From the NCBI GenBank assembly GCA_005800795.1, contig SYEN01000053.1, forward strand, positions 1 to 32,978: a stretch of DNA of 32,978 nucleotides, in the 5' to 3' direction. Position 1 is the stretch's first letter; every line of letters starts with the position of its first letter. Positions 1 through 10,300 of this stretch are shown one piece after another. This DNA is from Burkholderiales bacterium (GTDB lineage Bacteria > Pseudomonadota > Gammaproteobacteria > Burkholderiales > SG8-41). A program made the translations under genes and the position numbers. The notes under the pieces were generated by a model that did not search any database, was not told the origin of the DNA, and worked only from the letters and a program-made list of their open reading frames with translations.

Positions 1-25
1 CAGAAGTTGCTGTATATAGAAGCTT

Positions 26-101
26 GGGCCCTTAGCACAGCGGTTAGTGCAGCGGACTCATAATCCGTTGGTCGTTGGTTCAAGTCCAACAGGGCCCACC
101 A
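26..101 (+). tRNA. tRNA-Ile2 (anticodon CAT, lysidine-modified type)
   Basis: 76 nt: GGGCCCT acceptor stem pairs with AGGGCCC, encoded CCA end, T-loop GGTTCAAGTCC, anticodon loop CTCATAA (CAT at 59-61). The body resembles the E. coli ileX type more than initiator or elongator Met tRNAs. Confidence 0.9.
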
Positions 102-676
102 ATACTTTTGTTCGTGCGAGTCTTCGGGCCAATTGCCGCACGGATATTGTTTGAGCGCGCCGCATCCGGCTGTCGCCAAACAACAGTGTGTTATCCCGGT
201 GCAACGCTGCAACTTGCGCAATGTTAGAACCCTGTACGCAGTGACTTTGCGCGCGGAAAAATTGCTCAGCGTGGCCACTGTTCACGCGTCGACTTCGGCT
301 GAAATCTGATCCACGCGTAGCACGATTGGATCTTTTCCCGTTTGTCCTGAATTTGTTGCAAGTGCCAGGGTTTCGATAAGCCTGGCCAGCACAACGCTAT
401 GCCATGTGAATAAATCGGAAGTTGCGTTCGCCAGAATGTACGACGTGAGCATTTGCGTCGCGAGTGCCTGCAACGATAAACGACGCCATTTGCTGATGGG
501 CGATGGCCGTTTTTGATTCAAATTCGCGGCGCACCCACGCATCGGACTTGCGGCATGGCGATTCTGGTGATCTTGAGCAATTGCGAAGGCTTGCTGAAAC
601 CTTGCTGAGTGACGTTCAACCCCATGTTCACAACAGCGATTTTCCGAGTGCTGAGACCTTTTGCCGCGCCGCGAAA

Positions 677-884
677 CGTGAACCAGTTCACGCTTTTTCT
701 GCCAACTGTTGCGTGTGTGTGAATTCGCCGTGAACGGCTTGTGAATTCACTCTCGTACATCGCTTCATCCCTATGATTTTGCGCGATAATTCTAAGTTCG
801 TCTTAGTGTGCCCATTATTTGCGTATCAGAAGGGAAGTGTGACATGTCAACTGCCAAAAATTCGAAATTTTCGCGCACGCGAAA
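677..884. promoter_or_regulatory. Cluster of short palindromes upstream of the fibre operon (possible operator sites)
   Basis: CGTGAAC-ca-GTTCACG at 677-692; GTGAATTCGC at 719-728; GTGAATTCAC at 741-750; TGACATGTCA at 840-849; TTTCGCG-ca-CGCGAAA at 869-884. Confidence 0.3.
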
Positions 885-1174
885 TACGCTCCTGACAGCG
901 CTTGCTGCCGCGCCGCGCGTGCTGATCTGCGGTGGCCCCGCTTTCCTTTTGCCTCATCCAGCCGCTGACGATTCGGCGCCGCGTTGCCGCGCGCACCGCA
1001 TTTACGCCGCCGTCAGGCACAGATTACTTTTTTCGGCTTCTGCATCTTTATTTTTTCCTCATCCAACCCTGAAAGGCACTGTCATGAACCCGCTTGAGAA
1101 ATCACTTTATCCCCCCCGCACACGGTGCGTTTGCTGAATTCACAAATTCTGGTTTGACGAAAGGAGAGCGTTCC

Positions 1175-2316
1175 ATGATTAACGTCGTTCGACATTGGAG
1201 CAGTGCGGTGCTGGCTGCTGCGGCGCTGATGTTGCCGAGTGCAGCGCACGCCGTGGGTACTGCGGCGGGCACGACCATCAGCAACTCGGCGACCGCGACT
1301 TACAACATCAACGGCGTTCCGGCCACGCCGGTGATCGGTTCGGTGGCGATCCGCGTGGACGAAATCATCCGCGTCGCGGTTACTGCGCCAGCCACGCAAA
1401 CGCCGGTGGTTGCGGGCGATGTCAACAAGGTGCTGACCTTCCGCGTCACCAACACCGGCAACGGTGCCGAGGCCTACAACCTGATTGCCAATCGCGCGGT
1501 GGGCGGCGATAACTTTGATCCAGCGGCAGGCACTGCAGGGAGCCTGTTTCAGGACACCAACGGCAACGGCGTGTTCGATGCGGGTATCGATCTTGCCGTG
1601 CCGCTGGTCCTCGGTGTGCCGCAACTGACATTGAATCCCGATGTGGTCACCACGGTTTTTGTGGTGTCCAACATCCCCGCCGGGCCGACCAACGGCCAGA
1701 CCGGTATCGTGTCGTTGACTGCACAGGCCGCTACGGCGGGTGCAACTGCCGCTGGCGTGGGCGTTGCGCCAGGCACAATCCGGCCAACCTCGGTACGCCT
1801 TCAGTGGGTGGCGGTACAGTGGACGCGGTGGTGGGCGCAGGCCCCGGCGGTGCAGCGGATTCCGGTGCGGATGATGCCTCCAATGGCACCTACATCATTG
1901 CCGCTGTCACGGTCACCGTTGACAAAGTGGTGCTGAACGTCACCAACCCGATGGGTGTGACCAGTGGCCCCTGTAACGTGGCGATCCCGCCTGCGGGTTG
2001 TACGGCATTCGTGCCGGGCAGTGTCATCGAGTACCAGGTCACTGTGACAGTCAGTGGCACCGGTACCGCGCAGGCCGTGACCATCAGCGACAACGTGCCC
2101 GCGAACACCACCTGGGTCGCGGGCAGCATTCGCGCCACCACCACCACGCCAGCGGTAACGCCGCTGAGCGCCAAGACCGATGTTGCGGATGGCGACAACG
2201 CCAGCTGCGTGGGTTGCGGCAATGCCGCGGGCACCATGATCGCGAACTTTGGCGACATCACGGTTGCCGGTGCGCCGATTGCCAACACCGTGACCTACAA
2301 AGTCACCATCAACTAA
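1175..2316 (+). pseudogene. Subunit A: secreted DUF11-like protein (about 380 aa when repaired), split by an apparent 1-nt deletion near 1781-1782
   Basis: RBS AAGGAG then ATG at 1175; Sec signal ending AHA; mature N-terminus VGTAAGTTISNSATATY; DTNGNGVFDAG Ca-binding-like loop. Protein-like sequence moves from the 1094 frame to the 1804 frame at ATC-C^G-GCC-AAC; inserting T gives GTILANLGTPSVGGGTVDAVVG. The C-terminal Ig domain ends TVTYKVTIN. Could also be a sequencing error. Confidence 0.8.
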
Positions 2317-2341
2317 TCACTCACCCAACGGAGGTAACACC

Positions 2342-2845
2342 ATGCAAAACATGTTTCGTTATTTCGCGACTGCCGGGTTTTCCGCTTTGCTTGCGGGCAA
2401 TGTGCTTGTTGCCCGAGCGCAGAACGTCGAGCTCGTCACCAAGGCCGAGAAAGAAATCGAGGTCGTTGAGAAAGGCGCCAAGGTCAAGAAGCTGGCGCCG
2501 CCGGAGAAAATGGTGCCGGGCGACGAGGTGGTTTACACCGTCTCGTACAACAACAAGACCGGCAAGCCCGCCGAGAAAGTGTTGATCACCAATCCGGTGC
2601 CGAAGTACACGCGCTACAAAGACGGTAGCGCGACGGGCGACAACACCGACATCACGTTCTCCGCCGACGGCGGCAAGACGTTCGCCACACCGGACAAACT
2701 CATCGTCACGATCAAAGACAAGAGCGGCAAGGACATCACGCGCCCAGCCGCCGCGGCGGAGTACACCCACATCCGCTGGACGCTCAAACAAAACGTCGCG
2801 CCGGGGCAAGCAGGCTCGGTGCGCTTCCGGGCGGTGATCTTGTGA
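2342..2845 (+). CDS. Subunit B: small exported single DUF11-like domain protein (putative chaperone/cap)
   Basis: RBS GGAGG; signal peptide ending ARA; VPGDEVVYTVSYNN, ITNPVP and IRW motifs; ends SVRFRAVIL; rich in Lys and Glu. Confidence 0.85.
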   Translation: MQNMFRYFATAGFSALLAGNVLVARAQNVELVTKAEKEIEVVEKGAKVKKLAPPEKMVPGDEVVYTVSYNNKTGKPAEKVLITNPVPKYTRYKDGSATGDNTDITFSADGGKTFATPDKLIVTIKDKSGKDITRPAAAAEYTHIRWTLKQNVAPGQAGSVRFRAVIL

Positions 2846-2941
2846 CGCCCGCCACAGATTTTGGTTTTCGGTTTTTTGGTTTCAGTTTTTTCGATTGGAG
2901 GTTCGTATCATGAAGTTCAGTAGATCGCAGGAAGATGTTCA

Positions 2942-2957
2942 TAAGTGTTTGTTTTTA
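2942..2957 (-). promoter_or_regulatory. IHF-like AT-rich site upstream of subunit C
   Basis: Reverse complement is TAAAAACAAACACTTA, close to WATCAANNNNTTR; related copies at 17797, 24267, 26721 and 32222. Confidence 0.45.
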
Positions 2958-2990
2958 TTAATTTTTTTATTTAATCACAAGGAGCAAGCC

Positions 2991-4343
2991 ATGAAATACT
3001 GGAGTAGTTGGTATCGAAGTGCCTTGGCCGGCATAGCATTAATTGCCGGCTTGGGATTGCATTCAACGGTGGCCTTTGGCCAAGCTGCAACGTCGCAATA
3101 CCTGGCGGGCGGCTCGTTTACCAACGGCGCCGGCACGGGCCAGGTGTCAGCCAACACCGATGTCACCAACCAGGCCACGCTGAGTTACACCATCAGCAGC
3201 ACGGCGCAGCCCAACATCACCAGCAACACCGCGACCTTCAAGGTGGACAACCTGGTGCGCGTGGTGGTGGCGGCAACCGACACGGCGCATACCGTGGTGG
3301 CGCCTGGCGCGCTGGCGCAGGTGACGACTTTTACCGTCACCAACACCGGCAACGCCAATTAGGATTACAAGCTGGATGCGGGTAACCTCGCTTCAGCCCA
3401 AACCCTGACCTACGGCGCGACGACGTACACCGACTCGTTCGACGGTTTGTCATGTCAGGCGTTTGCTGAAACCGGTGGCGGCGCGGGCTATCAGGCCGGC
3501 TCCGACACCAATCAGGCGATTGTCAGTCTGGCGCCGAACGCCTCGCGCACGGTGTATGTGGTTTGCAACATACCGCCCGCGCCGGGTTTGACCTCGGGTG
3601 ACGCCATCGTATCGCTGCTGGCGACCACGTATGATGCCACCAGTTGCGTAGCTTCTACCGGCGTCTGCGCCAGCGGCCTCACCACGCAAAACACCGCCAG
3701 CGCGGATAACCAGACTGCGGTTGACGTGGTATTTGCTGATGGCGCGGCTGCGTCTCCCGCAGTAACGGGCGATGCCGTGCGCGACGGCAAGCATGCTGCG
3801 GTGGATGTGTTCCGCATCGCCAACGCCAGCGTGACCGTGGCGAAATCGGTGACCACGCTGTGCGATCCGTTTAACTTCGCGGGCAACGGCACCACGGTGT
3901 TCCCGAAAGCCATCCCCGGTGCTTATGTACGGTATTCGATCCAGATTACCAACGCGAATACGGCAACGGCTTCGGCGACATTGGCGACCATCACCGATAC
4001 GCTGAATACCAACCTCACGTTCGATACGAACCTGATTACCGGTAATGCGACCACCTGTGATGCCACCACGCCGGAAAGCGCGGGTAATGCGTTCAAGCTG
4101 ACTTGCGCCGGCACCACCGGCCGGGCCTGCACGACGCCGGTGTTCTACACCAGCGCAGCGGATGCTGACTCCATCGGCATCTCGGGTGCGAACATCACGG
4201 CGAATCTGGCGACGGCATTGCCTCAGGTGGGCACCCCCACGTGTCCGAACGTCGGCACGCCGAGTGGCGCGGGGACGTATTGCGCGGGTGAATTAAAACC
4301 GGGCGAGACCGTCACCATCTTCTTCAACGCGATTATCAAATAA
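2991..4343 (+). pseudogene. Subunit C: secreted DUF11-like protein (450 codons) interrupted by an in-frame TAG at 3360-3362
   Basis: RBS AAGGAG then ATG at 2991; Sec signal; ORFs 2895-3362 and 3447-4343 are in the same frame, and the reading continues TNTGNAN*DYKLDAGN, parallel to subunit A TNTGNGAEAYNL. Ends GELKPGETVTIFFNAIIK. Confidence 0.85.
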
Positions 4344-4384
4344 TCGCGGGCGGGAAGCGTAAAACGTAAGGCGCTGACAGCGGC

Positions 4385-7300
4385 ATGATCGCCCTGATCA
4401 CACGTAACCTCTGGCTGTGGCTCAGCCTGCTGGCGATGCTCGTTTCGAGCATCGCCGGGGCTGCCACGCCCAGCGGAACGGTGATTACCAATACGGCCAC
4501 GGCAACGTGGCGGATAGGGGCGAGCACGGTCAATGCCAGTGCAACGAAGCAGGTCGCGGTGTCACCGTACGCGGTGGGGCCGGATTTAAGCATCAGTCTT
4601 GCCGGCCCGGCGCAAGCCGGCCCCGGCGCCACGCTGGTGTGGAAGGCAGTCGCGGCAAATACAGGCCCCTCGGTGGCGGACGGTGCGCAGGTGACATTCA
4701 CCGTACCGCCGGGGGTTACCAATGTCAGCGGCTTGTGTTTAGTGTTGACCAGTGGCACATGCGGCGCCGTTACCGTGGGTACGCCCACGGCGGCCGGCAC
4801 GCCTGTCACTGTAAGTTTGGCCAACTTCCCAGTCGGCGCGCGCATCGAAGTGACGTTGCGGGGCACCGCACCGGCGGCAGTGGGTGAGTTGATTCATCAG
4901 GCGCAGATTTCGACAGGCAGTCTTGTCGATCCTACGCCGCTCAATAACGTGGCAACGTCGAAGACGAACATCGCTGCCGGGGCCGCCAATACCGGAACAC
5001 TTTCCGGCCGTGTGTGGCTCGACGTCAACCACGACCGTGTGTTCACGTCAGGTGAAATGCTGTTCGAGGGGTTTGTGGTGCGGGTGTACGATGCCGCGGG
5101 CACAACGCTCGTCAGACAGGTCGCCACTGGCGCCAACGGGCTGTATTCGCTTGCTGGTCTGCCGGCGGGCGTGAGTTATCAGATCGAGTTCCGTGACCGT
5201 GCGGGCAATGTCGTGTTCGGTCTGCCGGTAACGTCGGAGTCAGCGGGCGTGGGCGCAGGGTTTGCGCAGACCACGTCGTGCGCTACGCTGCGTGAAACTA
5301 CCGCGCCAAACGTCATGGTGCCGATGGCTGGCAACTGTTACAGCATGACCACCGGCGGATCGACCGCGCAGGTGCAGCGCACCGGCCGCACGCTGATATT
5401 CCTGCAGGCGGGCGACAACGTGATTGAACAAAGTCTGCCGCTGGATCCCGCCGGCGTGGTGTACGATTCAGTGACGCGTCAGCCCGTGGCGGGCGCCACG
5501 GTTACCTTCAGCGGCCCGCCGGGGTACGACCCGGCGCAGCATCTGTTGGGCGGCGCTGCGAATTCGAATCAGATCACGGGCGTGGATGGCTTCTATCAGT
5601 TCCTGCTGGTGGGCGGCGCGCCAGCCGGTACCTATACGCTGACGGTCACACCGCCTGCGGGCTATACCTCGCCGTCGCAAATACCGCCGAATCCGCAGCT
5701 CGACCCCACCGGTTTGGGTAGCGGCGGCGTCTATCTGGTGCAGGCGCAGCCGGGGCCTCCCACCGGCATCCAGCCGACGACTTACCACCTTTCCTTCAGT
5801 CTGGCGTTGGGCGATCCGAACGTGATTAACAATCACATTCCCATCGATCCGCCGGGCGTGGGCGGCACGCTGATTCTGACCAAGGTTGCGAGCAAAACCA
5901 TCGCGTCGGTGGGCGATTTTGTGCAGTATCAACTGGCGCTGTCGAATCCTGGCAAGGCACCGGTGGCGGGCGTGACGGTGAGCGACCGCTTGCCGCCGGG
6001 CTTCCGCTTCCGTCCGGGCACGGCGCAGATCGGCAAGGTGGCCGTGGCCAATCCGGCGATCTCAGCCGATGGCCGCACGCTGACGTTCACCATCGGCACG
6101 GTGTTGCCGGGTGCGGCGGCGATTGATATTCGCTACGTGACCGAGATTACCGTGGGCACGTCGCTGGGCGACGCGGTCAACAGCGCGCAGGCCACGGGCG
6201 CGGGCGGCGCGCGTTCGCTCAATGCACGCGCCACCGTCAATGTGAAGGAAGACCTGTTCCGCAGCCGTACCATTCTGATGGGTCGCGTAATCGAAGTCGG
6301 CGCCAGCGGGCCGAAACTGGCGCAAGGTGTTGGCACTGTAAGCGACGCGCCCGCGATCACCAGCAGTGCGGCCGGTCTGTGCAACCCGGAACAACACCTG
6401 GGCAAGGGTATTGAGGGTGCGCGCATTTTCATGGAAGACGGCGCGTATATCCGCACCGACAAGGAAGGTAAATGGCATATCGACGGCGTCAAGCTGGGCA
6501 CGCACGTGGTGCAGCTCGACGTGAAATCGCTGCCCGATGGTTACGAAGCCGTGCTGTGCGAAGACAATACCCGTCACGCGGGCCGCGCTTTCTCGCAGTT
6601 TGTGAACGTGCGCGGCGGCACGATGTGGCGCGCGGATTTCTATGTGCGCAACACTGGCAAGAGCAGCAACGGCTATGAAGCCGGACAGCGGCTGACAGTG
6701 CGCGCCGGCGAAGGCGTATTGAAGGCGACGCTGGAACTGAAAGGTGTGACCGCCGCCGTGCGCAACCTGTCGGCCACGGTCGCGCTGCCCGAAGGCATGA
6801 CCTACGTGCCAAACAGCGCGCGCATGAATGGCGGCGCGTTCGCCGAGCCGGAAATCAGCAACAACATACTGGTGTTTCGCGCGGGCGATACCAGCGCCAC
6901 GTGGAAAAAATCACTGACCTTCGATGTAAAAGGCGTGCCAGGCGCTGGCGCCGCGATGCAGTCAGTCGCGCAATTCCAGAGCGCCGATGGCGAAACCCGC
7001 CGCCTGCCGCCGGCGAGCGCGCCGCTGGCGGCACTGGGTAAATCGCAAATGCAGTCGGTGAGCGAACCAAAAATTATTCAATATAATCACATAGTTAAGG
7101 AAACAACACCTGCGGCGCCCGTCACGCCCGCAACCTCCGTTGCGCCTGCAGCAGCGCAACCGAACGTGAATGATCTGAACATCTACGCGCCCGGCTCGGA
7201 GAAATTCGACACCAATTGGTTGGCGACCGTCGCGCCGGGGCTAGAAGTGGTGTACCCGGCGGAAACCTTCATCCCCGGCACCAACGCGATCAAGGTGTTC

Positions 7301-10300
7301 GTCAAGCACGATCCGGCGCACCAGATCAAACTGACCGTCAACGGTGTGCCGGTGCATCGGCTCAATTTCGACGGCAACGATCACAACGCGCAAAAAACCG
7401 TCGGGTTGTCGCGCTGGGGCGGCGTGGGCTTGATCGACGGCGCGAATAAAGTCGTGGCCACCGCAGTGGATGCGGCAGGTAAGGAAGTGGGCCGCGCCGA
7501 GCGCATGATTCACTACTCGGGCGCGGGCGTCGAAGGCCGTCTGGTGAATGATGCCTCGGTGCTGGTTGCCGATGGCCGCACCGCGCCGGTGGTTGCCGTG
7601 CGTATTTTCGACCGCGAAGGCAAACCGGTGCGTCATGGCACGGAAGGTGAACTAGCGATTTCCGCACCCTATCAATCGCTGGAAGTGGTGCAGGCGCGTG
7701 ATTCGCGTCCGCTGCTCAACGCTGCCGGCAATCAGGCGCGCTGGCGCGTCACCGACGATGGACTTGCGCTGATTCGCCTGCAGCCGACCACGACGTCGGG
7801 CGAGGTGTCGCTGACGCTGAACTTCCAGGGCCGCCCGCCGCAAATTATTCGCGCGTGGTTGAAGCCCGAAATGCGCGAATGGATACTGGTGGGTCTGGGT
7901 GAAGGCACCATCGGCCAGCGCAAGCTGTCGGGCGCGGTGGAGAATCTGCCGGCGGACATGGCCGACGACAAGTTGTGGAAAGACGGCCGCGTGGCGTTTT
8001 ATGCCAAGGGACAGGTCAAGGGTGAATTCCTCGTGACCATGGCCTACGATACCGACAAGGAACGTAAACGTCTGGGTGGGGCGCAAGGCGATCGCCTGCT
8101 GCAAGGTATCGATCGCAAACAGTACTACACCGTCTACGGCGACAGTAATAGCGCCCAACACGACGCCGCCAGCACGCGCAAGCTGTATCTGAAGATTGAA
8201 AAGAATCAGTGGTACGCCATGTTCGGTGATTACAACACCGGCATGACCGTGACAGAATTGTCGCGTTACTCGCGCACGCTGAACGGCATCAAGAGCGAAT
8301 TCCGCGGCACCAATGTGTCCTATACCGCGTTCGCCACCAAGACCGCGCAGGCCTTCGTCAAGGACGAGCTGCGGCCCGACGGTACATCGGGTTTCTACCG
8401 GCTCACGCGCGGCAACATCATCCCCAACAGCGAAAAGGTGACGATTGAAACGCGCGATCGTTTCCGCAACGAGGTCATCGTCAAGAGCGAGCCGCAATCG
8501 CGCGGCATTGATTACGACGTTGACTACGCGCTGGGCACGTTGATTTTCCGCAAGGCGATCACCGGCAAGGATCAGAATTTCAATCCGATGTACATCGTGG
8601 TGGATTACGAGTCGGAAGACCCCACGCGCGATGAGCGCGTCACCGCCGGCGGCCGTGTGGCGGTGCGCACCAGCGACGGCAGGGCCGAGGCCGGCGTCAG
8701 CGCGATTCGTGAAGGTAGCATCGGTGCACGCGGCGATTTGAAGGGCGTGGACGCCACGGTGCAGATCGACGACAAGACCAAACTGCGCGCCGAATACGCG
8801 CACAGCAGCCGCGAGCTGGCCGGCACGACGGCATCGGGTAACGCCTATGTGATTGAAGCACGCCGGCAGGATGGCAATGTGGCCGCCACCGCTTATGTGC
8901 GCGGTCAGCAGGGCACGTTCGGGCTGGGCCAACAGGCCGCGGCAAATGGTGGCACCACCAAGGTGGGCGGAGACGTGTCGGTGAAAATGAGCCCCGAAGT
9001 CACCATCAATGCACGCGCGCAGCACGAGCGTGTCGAAAACGCCGGTGCGCAAGCAGAACGCTCGCAGATCGAGGCGCGCGCCAATCTGGTCAGGCCCGAG
9101 TACGGCGCTTATGTAGGTGGACGCATTGTGCGCGATCAAACCTCGACCGGTGAGACGCAGAATTCCAATCAACTGGTGGCGGGCGGCGCGCACAAATTCA
9201 TGGATGGCCGCTTGAACCTGCGCGTCGATTCCGAGATCAATCTCGGCAGCAGTGGCGGCAGCAACGTCAACAGCACCGACTTCCCGCATCGCGTGCGCGT
9301 GGGCGCCGACTACAAGGTGACCGACAAGCTGTCGCTGTTCCTCGATCAGGAGCTGACCTTTGGCGACCGTGAAAATACGCACACCACGCGCATCGGCACC
9401 AAGACCAAGCCGTGGGACGGCGCAGAAAGCGCCAATTCGCTCAACCTGCGGCAGACACCCGACGGCCCGGTGGTGTCCACCACCAGTAGCATGACGCAAG
9501 CCATGCGCCTGTCGCCGGAACTAACGGTGAACGTGGGTATGGATCGCACGAACACGATACGCAAGCCCGGCACCACACAACTGAACCCGAACGTGCCTGC
9601 CGCGCAGGGCGTGAACGCCACGGCGGGCGCGGCCTCGCAAAGTATTCTGCCGCCTGCGGGTATTGCCACTGCGCCAGTGGAGGATTACACCGCCGTGTTC
9701 GCGGGGGCAACGTGGAATCAGGGGCCGTGGGGCGCCACCGCGCGCGCCGAGTACCGCCACGGCGATACCACCAACAAGGTGAATGTCGCGGGCACTCTGC
9801 ACCGCGACATTGCATCGGGTCAGGCGATTGCCGCGACAGCGCTCTATAGCAACACGCGTGGCGGCGCACTGGCGGACAGCAAGACGCTGGATCTGCGCCT
9901 CTCCTACGCGTTCCGGCCTATCGACAGCCTGTGGGTGGTGTTGAGCCGCCTCGATTACATCCAGGAAGAATCCAATGCCACCGGCGGCGCGCGCAGCCAC
10001 CGCATGGTGATGAACAACAATGTCAACTACCAGTTCAATCGCAGCACGCAGATTGCGTTCCAGTATGGTGCGAAATACGTGTTCGACAACTTTGATCGCG
10101 TCAGTGCCTCGGGCTTTACCGACATCTATGGCGCCGAAATGCGTTACGACTTCGGCAACCGCTTCGATATCGGCGCGCACGCGGCGCTGCTGAACTCGTG
10201 GGGATCAGATGTGCACGTGGCGTCGTACGGCGCATCGGTCGGCTTCGCGCCGGTGCGCAACCTGTGGCTGGGCGTGGGCTATAACTTCGCGGGCTTCCGC

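Noticed and set aside
26-101. tRNA-Met call from the CAT anticodon
   Set aside because: It has a paired G1-C72 and lacks the three consecutive G-C anticodon-stem pairs of initiator tRNA; the overall sequence fits the Ile2 type better.
58-1137. Short ORFs in the leader (58-285, 282-542, 503-733, 518-760, 808-1137)
   Set aside because: No recognisable motifs or clear RBS; they overlap each other or the tRNA.
3360-3450. Pyrrolysine insertion or genome-wide TAG reassignment
   Set aside because: TAG ends other genes normally, no pyl genes are in view, and the context fits a simple point mutation.
7652-9499. 615-aa minus-strand ORF (also 13170-14615, 15163-16275, 20161-21537, 22931-24244)
   Set aside because: Antisense shadows of well-supported plus-strand genes, common in GC-rich DNA; no independent motifs.
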